This document shows positions 35,851-48,818 of a stretch of 59,169 nucleotides of DNA, piece by piece. Below the pieces are notes generated by a model that was not told the DNA's origin, made no database searches, and saw only the letters and a list, made by a program, of their open reading frames with translations. The translations under genes were made by a program, and so were the position numbers. The stretch comes from Octopus bimaculoides (Eukaryota), in contig NC_069000.1 in the NCBI RefSeq assembly GCF_001194135.2, positions 21,302,621-21,361,789 on the forward strand, read 5' to 3'. Each line of letters begins with the position of its first letter. The first letter of the stretch is position 1.

Positions 35851-36998
35851 GCGCTCACAAGATTAGGAATGCTCAGCTGGAGAGGGAATGCAGGGGACAA
35901 GCCTGTATGAAGGACAACCACACTTTTAAGATATTAGACATAGGAAATAGCCTCATAAACCAGGTGGTTATTTATTATTCTATTTCTAAACACTGAACCA
36001 AAATAGGATACTTTACTGTTTTGGACATTTGTAAACTAGCCTATCCTGTTAGTACTAAGCAACTGACAAATTATGTTCTGAGAATAAAAAGTACAACTAA
36101 AATAACAAACACATTTAGGGTGTGAAAATGGAACTGCAAGCAGTCTATTATATAACAAGCAATGCAGTTACACAACACATTATCAATATGGGAGTTGAAG
36201 ATTCATCAATAGAACTGTTGCTCATTTCTGTTTTAAAATTGGTGTTTACAATGTCTAATGTCATAAACATTAAAATCTCAGCTGTAAATTCTTAATTCAT
36301 TCTAGTTTATATTGGTTGCTTTTCAAATTGCGCATTCTCTATAAGGCTTTACACTGCAAATGTATCCATTGAATAATCCAGAGTTTTCGTACAACAAAAA
36401 AACCTTCTCATACCTCTTTATTTATTAATCCTTTAAAACCAAAAGTTACATTTAGCATTTGAAATTACATGAATGATATGCTATTTAAAGTGATTTGAAT
36501 AGCTCAGATCTAATATTCAATTAATATTGACTCCTTATCATCTCAATTCCTGATTGAATTAGTTTTTTTTTTTTTTTTTTGGTTGCTTTTTTAAATCTTC
36601 TTTTAATGAAGAATTTATTTTGGAGAAGAACTTGTATGCAATAGCTGAAAGTTTATTGTGGAAAGACCAGATAGTTTTCATGTACTTAGAATTCCATTTC
36701 TGAATAACTATTGTTAAATTCTGTTCAACCTGAATATGACATCAGGAGATATCATACTGTTCCCACTAACTCTGCTCATATTACAGTCATCTTAACCGTC
36801 TTACTTAACAAACTAAAAACAAAACACTAAAAGGTGAAGAAAAAGATGTCAGAGCACCCAGAAAAGTAAGTGATCCAGTGAGAGTTTAATAACAGACTCT
36901 GCTTAATAGTGAACAACAGCTAAACAGCTTAACAAAAGACTGTGCTCAACAGGGGACACAATGAACAATGAGTGAAACAGTAATAATTTACCAGCAGA

Positions 36999-37074
36999 TT
37001 GTCCAAAGTATAAGCCACCAAAATTTGTCCAAAGTATAAACCACCAAAATTTGTCCAAAGTATTGGCCACCAAC
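36999..37074. repeat. 26-bp tandem repeat, about three copies
   Basis: ttgtccaaagtataagccaccaaaat / ttgtccaaagtataaaccaccaaaat / ttgtccaaagtattggccaccaac. Confidence 0.92.
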
Positions 37075-37280
37075 TTCAGCTAATATAGCTTGACGTCAGT
37101 ATCATACTAGGTATTGTTTTTTAGAATCCAAAACAGCTGGCTCAGACACTGCAAGGAATCTTTCTCAACCTTTAAACAGTTCCAATGCTCTGAATCAGTA
37201 TTTCTTTTTATCAATCATGAAAAGATGAAAGGCAAAATGATCTTAGTAGCATCTGAACTGAGGCTACAGAAAGTTAAAAC

Positions 37281-37615
37281 AAGAGAAATTAAATGCATTG
37301 TGCAAGAGAGAAAATTGGGTTGGTTTGGTCATGTGATGTGGATGAATGAGGACAGTTGCATAAAGAAGTGCTGATTACTTAAAGTGGAGGGAAGTTGTGG
37401 AAGACATAGGATGAAGTACTGAAGACTGATCTCAAAATGCTGAACCTTACAAAGAAGATGACAGAAGACTGGCGTTAGGAAGGGCATCCAGCCAGAGAAA
37501 CCAAGCAAAAACAGACTATGGAACCTGGTGCAGCTCCTGGCCTTGCCAGTTCCTGTCAAGCTATCCAACCCATACCAGCATGGAAAACAAGCGTTAATGT
37601 TGATGATGATGATAT
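37281..37615 (+). mobile_element. RTE LINE 3' end
   Basis: Encodes CIVQERKLGWFGHVMWMNEDSCIKKC, joined to the ggcgttaggaagggcatccagc tail and (GAT)n. Confidence 0.85.
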
Positions 37616-38789
37616 TCAACCCGATGCTCTAGTAACTTGGCTAATTTGCCACTTTCAGTTAATCATAAGCAGTATAACAACAGTATAACAAGAGACTCCT
37701 TTCACCACAGTCAAAACATTAATCTTGATATCTATAGTAGAATTCTCACAGGTAAAGAAAATATAGAGTAATGTTACAGCTATGCCTTGACATTGTATCT
37801 ATCTGGTATTTTTCATCGTCTCACAGAAACACGTATGGCATTTTACATTCTTGTGAAGGAAAAAAAAAAAAGAAAAATATAACCTTTATTTTTCACTTCT
37901 ATTACTTTACTTTCTTTTATTTTGGTTCTGAAGATTGATTCCAAACCATTATGATTCTCAGATAAGATTCTAATTTTAACTTGTCAATAAAATAACATGG
38001 ACTAATAAAGATAAAAATAAATCAATAGGAAATTATTCTAACGGTCTACTACAACTCCCAAATCTGTAATAGAACACAAGACACGATACATTCCAAACTA
38101 GCCAAACAACCAGCTGATAATTATAAGAGGTAACTCTGTATGTAGACGCTTGCAAAATTGGAGGAATGTTCATAAAATGCAAGCAACAAAAAAATAAACA
38201 AAGCATAAGGAAAACAACACAGAGAAACTGATAGTATATACACATCTAACAATGCCATTTAACGTGCACACATACTAATATATACAAACATATACACATA
38301 TACACATAACATTTTACCGCACAGCCACACCTGTGGCCTTTATATATATATATATATATATATCAAATTATCTTGGCTTGTATGTGCATATATATATATA
38401 TATACACAAATTCACATTCCTGAATGTTATTGATCCTAGCTATGTGTATCATCTGCTAATCTCAAAAGCTATCCACATGTATAAACAGACAAGTATAAAT
38501 TCACACATGGTCAGAGAAATCAATATATGTGTGAACACAGAGAAAATGCAACTAACTACAAATCGGAATATAAAGATAAACTTCAACTGGTCGCTACAGG
38601 ATTAAATAGGATGCACAAAACATACCTGAATTTGGCCAAAGCCATGTGTTTAAGGTTGGGTCAACGATGAAGGTCAAGTGGTGATATGTCAAATATTTAC
38701 TTACAGTAAGAGTGGTGTTGTGGTTAGTAGTCTCTTGGATCAAACTAATACCCAGAACTAAATCACTCTGGTCTGATATTGAATCATCA

Positions 38790-39020
38790 CCATTATCATT
38801 GTCATCAACATTTAACATTCATTTTCCGTGTTGGCATGTGTTGGTCGGCTCAACTGGAACTGGCAAGGCCTGGGGTCGCACCAGGTTCCATGGTCTATTT
38901 TGGCTTGGTTTCTACGACTGGCTGCCCTTTCTAATGCCAGCCACTCTACAGAATGTACTCAGTGCTTTTTACATGGCACCAATATTCAAACCAATGCTTT
39001 TTATGTGGAACCTTGGTTTT
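38790..39020 (-). mobile_element. RTE LINE 3' UTR fragment
   Basis: Same tail family in reverse orientation. Confidence 0.7.
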
Positions 39021-39184
39021 AGAATGTATGTACAATAAATATGTGGGGTGATATTGAATTGTAACAATAAAGTTACAATAGAGGGTACACTATCGTGGCT
39101 GCATCACAACACTAAGGTTAAATATAGGGTACCCCTTGTGCATAACACTTCACCAATATCACAAAATAGGCACATCCGCTAGTC

Positions 39185-39529
39185 CAGTGGTTCTTAACTG
39201 TGATCTACATAGCACCTGGAGGTCTATATAAGATTTTTGGGGTGCATGCAAGCAAAATAGTAATTTGGGGGCATCCACAGTGTTATTTCAAAAATTTTAC
39301 TTCAGATGTACTTATTGCAAGAAACAGCTAGGTTTCTTTCTCTAATACTTAACATAGTTCAATGTGTTTCTTGCTGATGTATACAAGTGAACATATAAAA
39401 AAGAAAATAGGAATTTTGAAAGAAGTATCTACAAAACTAGTTTTTTAAACATCAAATGGTTATGGAGGTCCACCAGAATAAAATAGTAATCAAAGGGGTC
39501 CATGCATAAAAAATGGTTGATCACTACTG
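39185..39529. mobile_element. hAT (Charlie-like) MITE
   Basis: Ends CAGTGGTTCTTAAC...GGTTGATCACTACTG. The 8-bp flanks cgctagtc and ctctagtt match at 6 of 8 positions and share a CTAG core. A second right-end fragment lies at about 41135-41219. Confidence 0.7.
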
Positions 39530-40719
39530 CTCTAGTTTGTACCCTTAGTATAAGAGGGTGTACTTTCAGCACTTATGGGAACACACTCTCATATGCACTA
39601 CAGCACCAAACTTCAAACAGAAGGTACACACTATCTTATGCATACCTTAGCACTGATTATGGAAAACAGATTACTGTTCCATCACATACACAGACACACA
39701 TGCATGTGCACACCCACACACACATACACACCCACACGAGTCAGTGGGCAAACAAAATAAAAAGGGACTCAACACATATGACAAGGGTTGTATGAATTAC
39801 TTAAAAGGTTTGACTCGACTCTATATGACTTAAAATTTTGTGGACTTATAGGACAGATATACCTCATCAGATATCTCTGTATTAAAGTTTAAATGCAGAG
39901 CATACACTTACAGTACTAAGACTGAAATATATGATACACCTACCAGAATCATTAGCACACCAGGCAAAAAGCTTAGCAGCATTCCTTCTGTCTTTACATT
40001 TTGAGTTCAAATTCCACCAAGGTCAACTTTGCCTTTCATACCTTCAGGATTGATAAAATAAGTGCTGGGTTGCTGGCCTTGTGCTAAAATTTGAAAGTAA
40101 TATATGAGACACCTACTTTTAGTTCCATAGTACCTCCACACGACCAAATTTGAAATACTAAGTACGTCCTATCATATATGCTGCAGAATTGAATTTTAAA
40201 TACTCTCTCTTTCTCTCTAGTAAAGATACAAGCAGTGCAATGGATAAAATCAGCACCAACTGACAAAAATAGCTATGTTGGTGAATGCATATTAAATAAT
40301 CTTCCCAATTACTACAACTCACCCTTATAATATGGGATGGTCATGTATTTCCTGTATAGTAAGGCACCTGTTCTTGTTCTTGTTCTAGTATCATAATTTA
40401 CACTGTCAGCATCTGGCATAAAGCCACCTTACCCTCTTCCTAATAACCCCACCCCACTTAGTCATGAAGTCTTTTCTCTTTCCTTTTTCTTTCTTGCAAC
40501 TTACTTAGCAACCTTACCAGTGATGGTGGCATGAATAAAGTACCCAGTACAAACTGTAAGGTGGTTGACATTAGGAAGGGCGTCCTGGCATAGAAAACAT
40601 CCCGAAGCTGATACTGGAGCTCACTCACCACAGCCCTATGGCTAGCCGAGTCCTCAGTCCAACCCATGCCAATATGGGATTTATTTTTCAAAATTTAAAC
40701 AGGAGATTCAGAGAGATGT

Positions 40720-41122
40720 AGATTTTATAACCAATTTCACAAGGCTTCACAAATGTTCAATATGTGCTCCACCTGTGACACGACACACATCAACTCGGTA
40801 CTCCAGTTCCTGCTAATCACACTGTAGTATGTCTTGCATAACATTCTCCAGCATCTCAGTGATTTCCTGCTTGAGTTCCTCTAGGCTTGTAGGAAGAGGG
40901 GAGATATAGACCAGCCCTTTCACATTGCCCCATAGAAAAAAAATCACAAGGTACCAAGTCAGGTGAACATGGTGACCATTTCAACGGCACACTGTCATTA
41001 TCACTGGTATGCCTGATCCAAACTTAGTTTTTATACATTTTGTTAAAATTTGAGATCATTTATGCAAGAATTGGTTATGTTATTAGACTCTGAAATGATG
41101 TCGATTTTTTGGGGATACCCTG
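40720..41122 (-). mobile_element. Internally deleted Tc1/mariner element (D...D type C-terminus)
   Basis: Terminus TA|CAGGGTATCCCCAAAAAA. With one frameshift it encodes WSPCSPDLVPCDFFLWGNVKGLVY...SLEELKQEI...YRVDVCRVTGGAHIEHL*. Confidence 0.8.
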
Positions 41123-41279
41123 TATAAGATGTATTAAATATCAAATGATTATGAGGGCCCACACAAGTTTAAAATGGATAAAAGGGATCCACAGGCAAAA
41201 AAGTGATTGAATACCACTGACCCAAGTAACTGTTTTTTTATGGTATAGAGTGTCCCCCTATAGTTTATTTTTTATAAAG

Positions 41280-41606
41280 GCACTTGTGCCGGTGGCACGT
41301 GTAAAGACATTCGAGTGAGATCATTGCCAGTGCCACTGGACTGGCTCCTGTGCAGGTGGCACATAAAATACACCATTTTGAGCGTGGCCATTGCCAGTAC
41401 CGCCTGACTGGCCCTCATGCCAGTGGCACGTAAAAGCACCCACTACACTCTCGGAGTGGTTGGCGTTAGGAAGGGCATCCACCTGTAGAAACTCTGCCAA
41501 ATCACATTAGAGCCTGGTGCAGCCATCTGGTTTCACCAGTCCTCAGTCAAATCATCCAACCCATGCTAGCATGGAAAGCAGACGTTAAACGATGATGATG
41601 ATGATG

Positions 41607-41608
<2 letters not shown>
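41280..41608 (+). mobile_element. RTE LINE 3' UTR, young copy
   Basis: Near-identical to 22238-22670; ends aacgatgatgatgatgatgatg. Confidence 0.85.
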
Positions 41609-41639
<31 letters not shown>

Positions 41640-42657
41640 AGTGTGTATGCTTCATTTTCTATTTTATTCTTTTCCTTTAAAAGAAATTAGTCTCTCTTGA
41701 ATGTGTGGGTGTGTGTGTGTGCATATGTATAAGTGCATGTGCAACGTTTTCACTATATTTTCTTTTATAACAGAAGAAGAAGAAGAAGAAAAGATGTTAG
41801 AAGGAGAGGAGGAGAAGCTAGAAACAAAAAGGATGATGATGTAAGCAAAAAGATGGTAGCAATAGTCATCAATTTGACTAATTATCACTTCACTTGAAAT
41901 AAAATGAAATAATAAACAACAAAATGTGACACACAGACACATGACTATTTGAATATCAAATTCTCCACAGAAGTAGATGAAGGTCATTGACTATATTGAT
42001 GTTGTTGATACTGGTGTACTGCTATCGCTGGGTCAGAATTGCCATCATCATTATCATCATCATCATCATCATCATCATAACCATAGTATTGGTGTTGTCA
42101 TTATTGCTGTTGTAGTTACTGTTTTCATTGATCTCATTAGGGTTTAATGGTAGTTTAACTGTCTTAATTCATCAGAAGTCAACACGCCAAAAATACACAT
42201 CTTAACAAACGCTATCAGCAATGAATTGAATGCTACAGCCTTAGTATTGATTTCTGCTGACCAGGTACATCATCATCATCGTAAATATTTTAATGCTAGA
42301 TTTCCCCCACCCCTCCGCCCATTCATGCAGCTGGCATGAGTCAGAAGGGGTCATCTGGGTAGCATGTTGTCTCTCATCTTCATATTTTTTGCCACCTCTC
42401 CTATGAAAATGAATGGCCATACAGTTGACCTCTCCACAACTTCCTCTCTTTCATGGGTACTTTCCACTTACAGCACAACAGCTGATGCTAGTTGTAAAGA
42501 GCAGAAGGAAGTGGTTATACAGTCAACTGAAATGAAGCCAATAAACTTACCAGTACTGTATATACTCCGGAGGAAGCCAGGCAAAGTGACCCAAGATAGA
42601 GGAAACTATAAGACATTTACTTAGTCCAGCTTTTTATTCTTAATAACAACTTAACAT

Positions 42658-42823
42658 AGGCGTAGGAGTGGCTGTGTGGTAAGTAGCTTGCTTACAAACC
42701 ACATGGTTCCGGGTTCAGTCCCACTGCGTGGCACCTTGGGCAAGTGTCTTCTACTATAGCCTCAGGCTGACCAAAGCCTTGTGAGTGGATTTGGTAGACG
42801 GAAACTGAAAGAAGCCCGTCGTA

Positions 42824-42902
<79 letters not shown>

Positions 42903-43095
42903 TTGTGTTTGTCACCCAACATCGCTTGACAACCGATGCTGGTGTGTTTATGTCCCCGTAACTTAGCGGTTCGGCAAAAGAGACCGGTAGAATAAATACT
43001 AGGCTTACAAAGAATAAGTCGTGGGGTCGATTTGCTTGACTAAAGGTGGTGCTCCAGCATGGCCACAGTCAAATGACTGAAACAAGTAAAAGAGT
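42658..43095 (+). mobile_element. SINE family A, young full-length copy
   Basis: Closely matches 34888-35318; possible taacat TSD. Confidence 0.92.
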
Positions 43096-43794
43096 AACAT
43101 TCTTTACATCCTCAATGCTGACAACCCAACAAGGGACACAATGTGGTCACTTGATCTGCTAGAAACAGCTGCTAAGTCTCCTTCAAATTACACCACAACA
43201 TTTAGCTGTTTTATGATTATATTTCTAAATCATAGACATCCTGTGTTACTTCACTTTCCACTATAAACAAAATTGCATAGTGTTTCAGCAAAAAATCTGT
43301 AACTGTGTGTGTGTGTAACTGTGACTGAAATCTTAGAATATCATTTATGCTATAATGGCATTATGATCAAGATTGTAAATTAAATATGAATACTTTAGAA
43401 CAGGCAGTAAGTCTCAAGAGAATTGGTATTAAAATGGTTTATAGGAATGATACGTCAGATAATGTAATTCTAGATAATGCCGAAAAAAAATAAAAGAACT
43501 GTAACAGCTAGAATGCTCAGTCAGTACTGACCTGGAGATAAACAACATTAACAACAATAATAATATCCTTAATATTGATGGTAAGTTTTAGCTAAAAGTA
43601 TAAAAAGCAATTCTTTTTGGTTTTGTAATACCGTTATTTATTTCAGCAGTCATATTTCTGCGATTAAAAATGGAAATACCATCATGGTTATTAACTGTTA
43701 TTAAAACATTGCCATTAACCGTTATTAAAACATTGTTAATTAACCATAAAAGACATCATCATTGTTATTTACCATTATCAACTCGTTAATATTG

Positions 43795-44495
43795 CTTTCA
43801 AATTTTGGCACAAAGCCAGCAATTTGGGGGGGAGGGTATGAGTCAATTACATCAACCCCAGTACTCAACTGGTACTTATTTTATTGACCCTGAAAGGATG
43901 AAAGGTAAAGTCAACCTTGGCAGAATTTGAACTTAGAACATGAAGACAGACAAAATGCCAAGAAGTATTTTGCCTGACATGAAACAATTCAGCCAGCTCA
44001 CCATTTTTTATAATGGATTCAAATTTTGGCACAAGGCCAGTAATTTGGAGGTGGGGGTTTAAGTCAATTACATCAACCCCAATGCTCAACTGGTAATTAT
44101 TTTATCAACCCTGAAAGGATAAAAGGCAAAGTCAACCTCTGTGGAATTTGAACTCAGAACATAAAGATGAACGAAATGCCACTAAGCATTTTGCCCTGTG
44201 TGTTAATGATTATGGCAGCAAGCTCGCAGAATCAACTCATTAATATTAACTATAAAAGACATCATTACTATTAACCATTATAAAGTAGTGAGCTAGCAGA
44301 ACAGCTAGCATGCCTGACAAAATGCTTGGTGGAATTTTGCCTGTCTTTACACTCTCAGTTGAAATTCTGCCAAGGTCAATTTTGCCTTTCATGCTTTCAG
44401 GGTCAATAAAATAAGTACCAGTCTAGCATTAGAGTCGATGTAATCAACTAGCACCCTCCTCCAAAATTTCAGGCTTAGTGTCTATAGTGGAAAGG
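43795..44495. mobile_element. Cluster of three SINE family B copies, two minus and one plus
   Basis: Reverse copies at about 43795-43990 and 44010-44225, forward copy at about 44285-44495. Confidence 0.75.
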
Positions 44496-44638
44496 ATTAT
44501 TATTAATCATAAAAGACACCAATGCCATGCAGTATATCATCTTACTCTTTACATATAAGGTCAACTTCTCCTTTCATGTATCCAGGGATAATAAAATAAA
44601 ATAAAATACTTGAGTCAAGTACTGGAGTCAATTATATA

Positions 44639-44825
44639 TGAGAGGATGCTGAAAAGTTCCTGTCTTTAAGGGTATCATGGAGGTGCAACCTTCTGAGTTC
44701 TTTTACAGAGCTTAGAAAAATTAAAGGACAGCTGCAATAAGTGCATGAATCTGAGAAGGGAATATGTTGAATAAAATCATAAATTTTCTTTTACTCAGAG
44801 CCAGGAACTTTTCAGCACCCTCTCA
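44639..44825 (+). mobile_element. mariner-derived MITE, 187 bp
   Basis: TA|tgagaggatgctgaaaagttcctg...caggaacttttcagcaccctctca|TA, a 24-bp TIR with one mismatch. The interior encodes SLEKLKDSCNKCMNLRREYVE*. Confidence 0.9.
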
Positions 44826-45098
44826 TACAATAACTTTCTCCTGTCAAAATTTCTTGCCTTATGTCTGGCTAAACATGGTTATGTGGTCAAGAAGTGCACT
44901 TTGCAACCACATGGTTTCAGGTTCTGCTATAGCCTCTGGTTGACGAATGCTTTGTGAATGATTTTGGTAGATGGAAACTGCAGAGAAACCCATCACTCTC
45001 TCACACACACACACACACACACATGCATATATATATTTAACCAATGCTAGCAAGGGAAATTAAATGTTGATGATGATATATACATACACTGAGTGTGT

Positions 45099-45107
<9 letters not shown>

Positions 45108-45181
<74 letters not shown>
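45108..45181. repeat. (TA)n microsatellite
   Basis: Directly visible. Confidence 0.95.
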
Positions 45182-45183
<2 letters not shown>

Positions 45184-45914
45184 CAAAATAAGCAACAAGG
45201 ATATCCAGAGGTACAATCGTTTCAAGCAACTCCATTTAATTGAACAAGTATATACCAATTGATCAATCTTCATAGATACCATCTGATAAGTTAGTATTTA
45301 AGTATATAATATGTATAAATATCAAACTATTTCGAGATAATTCCTTTTCCTCCCTCTATTGTGGTAAAGGTTTGGTATATACTCAAAAGTATCCAAAAAA
45401 CTTTTTATCCTTTTGTTATAATATTCTTCTTAATAATTTTCTGAATAACCCTAAATTTTAACTTTATACAATATGGCAATATTGTTTAAAATATTTTACT
45501 ATAGTACCACATAATATGATTTCCCCTGTTTCATTATCAACGGTCTACTAGTGGCCTGCCCCTTTAATTGTCAGCTAACATCTTGATTTAAGATTTCCTT
45601 TACCAAATCTCATGATATTGCTTCAAATAAATCTTGATAGTTTTTATGACTATACCCACTATGATTTCTGTCGACTCCCTCAGCCCACTTCCTAACAGGC
45701 ATTGCTTCTTGCTCTTTTGGCCTTAGATATACAAAGATTTGATAAACTGGTCTATAAATTAAAACTGACCCTATAAAACAGTGACAAGCAAAATTTGTTA
45801 CAAGTCTTTCTTCCTGGTACCTTAGTAGCTTCTAAACTGAAGTGAAGACAGTATGTTCTCTGTCTATCTCCTTACCTTCTTGGAGATTTTAGGTAAAATT
45901 ATACTAATGTGTCC

Positions 45915-46462
45915 ATCTGTTTTAATTTAATTAAATTCTATGTCTTTATGCAGCTGAGGATTGCTCTGCATTTAAATTGATGTAATGATTGCATTGTTCA
46001 ATTAAATGGAGCTGCTTGAAATGATTGTACTGCATTACCTCTGGATATCCTTGTTGCTTATTTTGATTTTAATCACTTTATTATGAAATTGTATGGATAA
46101 TACCGTACTAAATTCTAGTGCCTCAACTTAAGTACCATATTCATCTAAATCTCTATATATATAGTCCCGTTATTATTCCTACTGCATTTGTGTAACATTG
46201 TTCATTTTTTCTGTCCTTGCTTTTGTATACATTCGCTGCTTTCTTCCAAGGAATCTAATGCTCTTAGCTTAGTTTTTCCTTGGGGCTGGCCAGATTGGAG
46301 CAATATCGAGAATAACCAGCCGAAATTGCAAGGATAATCTGGATCTCGACTGAAGAAAGAAAACTCCGAATGACCTGTCCGTGTTTTCTTTGTATCGCCT
46401 ATCTGGATGTTTTGTCCCTTTCTTGTATCACCTAACTGCCTGGATATTTTGTGTTCTTGTCC
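45915..46462. repeat. Probable interspersed repeat with an inverted partial copy at 45181-45247 (possibly Penelope-like)
   Basis: 45995-46069 is the reverse complement of 45181-45247 except for an 8-bp indel and three substitutions. The family identity is not established. Confidence 0.45.
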
Positions 46463-46844
46463 NNNNNNNNNNNNNNNNNNNNNNNNNNNNNNNNNNNNNN
46501 NNNNNNNNNNNNNNNNNNNNNNNNNNNNNNNNNNNNNNNNNNNNNNNNNNNNNNNNNNNNNNNNNNNNNNNNNNNNNNNNNNNNNNNNNNNNNNNNNNNN
46601 NNNNNNNNNNNNNNNNNNNNNNNNNNNNNNNNNNNNNNNNNNNNNNNNNNNNNNNNNNNNNNNNNNNNNNNNNNNNNNNNNNNNNNNNNNNNNNNNNNNN
46701 NNNNNNNNNNNNNNNNNNNNNNNNNNNNNNNNNNNNNNNNNNNNNNNNNNNNNNNNNNNNNNNNNNNNNNNNNNNNNNNNNNNNNNNNNNNNNNNNNNNN
46801 NNNNNNNNNNNNNNNNNNNNNNNNNNNNNNNNNNNNNNNNNNNN

Positions 46845-46861
46845 GAGAGAGAGACAGAGAC

Positions 46862-46943
<82 letters not shown>
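46845..46943. repeat. (GA)/(GACA)n microsatellite
   Basis: Directly visible. Confidence 0.95.
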
Positions 46944-46944
<1 letters not shown>

Positions 46945-47850
46945 GGCATACACACAGAGAAAGAGAGAATGACGACTGAAATGTAACAAGAAATATTGAC
47001 TAGTACTCTATTAACCCTGAAGACATGAGAAGTAGAGTGGAACTTAGTGGAAGCTTAGTATAGATAACAAAGAGTAGTGCTCAAATGAAATGGGAACTGA
47101 AATTCCGACATCATCCAGGACCAGTGCCTCAGCATCAAAAGTCAGCTATAAAAAAATCATTAACATGCTCTTATGGACCTAGTAAAGTGGATAAACACAA
47201 CACATGAAACATATATTTACATGGAGCACAAAATAAAGAATAAAGAAAAACGAGAACAAAAGAACACAAAATTTAGGTAAAGTCTTATCTCAACACATGT
47301 TTCAAGACAGCCATATCTTACATAATATGTCATACATATGTCATAGTCATACATAATATGTTTGATGTCAAAGGTGTGTGTCCTGAGATATGTTCCATTG
47401 AAATTGTGGAACTAAGTTAGGCGTCCCTTCTCGAGAAGACTTGTCACAGGATACCTATGAGATCATACACATATTACATACAAATATGGTTATAATATGT
47501 TACGACCTTCTTCAAATCAGTGCCGAAATAAGATTTTTTTATATAATTCTTCTATTATTTTTTTGTCTTTTTTTTTTGTTCACTTTTATTTATTCAGGAA
47601 TCTTTATTTTGTGCTGCATGTAAATATAGGCCTCAAGCCTACCAACATCTTGGTGGAATTTTAAAATAGGCCACCAGACACAGAGTAAACCATTAATATC
47701 TTGTTTACATCTTTTTGACATTGGTTCATTGCAAATGACAAACGATCTTGTTCTCAGCTTGAAAAATGGTGAAATAAATTAATGTTTTGACCAGGAAACC
47801 CTGGGTAGCTGTTTTTAGCAAGATTTATTATTTTTATTATAATATTATGT

Positions 47851-47889
<39 letters not shown>

Positions 47890-48490
47890 TATTTTTATTG
47901 GGGAAAGACAAAATCAAATCAATGTTACATACGTTTTGGTGAACTAACACCATTTATTTCGTATTACATATGAAGTTATGCAGTTCCTACAATAAAATTA
48001 GTGTTCGTTCACTTATTCAGACATTTTAATTTCAATGAGATTGAAATTCAAATTAAAATGCCAGAAGTAAATGAACAGTAATTTCATTACAGGAATTGCT
48101 TAACTTTCTTTGTCTCATAAAATAAATGGCGTTCATTTACCCCAAAATTATGTAAGACTGATTACACTTCTCTTTTTCTCAATTAAAATAATTAATATTC
48201 ACAGGATTATTACATGCCTTGGATTGGCAAAGTGCTCCATTTATAGATGACCGACATATAAACAATCATCCTCTGAGTATTCATAAACAATGCTAGCCAA
48301 GTTGCTGCATGAGTGGCAATGAGGTGATAGCCTGATTTTTTACTTATCCCCTCAACAATAAGATACACTCACACACACACACACACGTGTATATATATTT
48401 ATATATATATATATATATATATATACATACACACACACACATACGTACATATTCAAATATGTATATATATATATATATATATAGATATGG

Positions 48491-48652
48491 GAGAATTCAC
48501 GGAAAAACAACAGACGAAGACAGGTGGTGTAAACAACAAATGGATGTATTAGTATAACACTCAGGAATAGAGAAAGTCTTTAACATTTCGAGCCTACGCT
48601 CTTCAACAGAAAGGAACACAGAAAGGAACACAGAAAGAAACAAGGAGAGAAA

Positions 48653-48655
<3 letters not shown>
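48491..48655 (-). mobile_element. Short repeat with degenerate hammerhead-like core (Penelope pLTR-like)
   Basis: Reverse complement of 54319-54475; core cttt-CTGTTGA-a-gagc-gtag-gctc-GAAAT-GTT-aaag. Confidence 0.5.
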
Positions 48656-48706
<51 letters not shown>

Positions 48707-48777
48707 CTGTGTGTGTATATACATATATATGTCTATATATCTATAAATGTATAGAAACTATATGTATATATACATTT

Positions 48778-48818
<41 letters not shown>

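Noticed and set aside
36999-37074. CRISPR-like array
   Set aside because: The repeats are contiguous with no spacers, and the context is eukaryotic.
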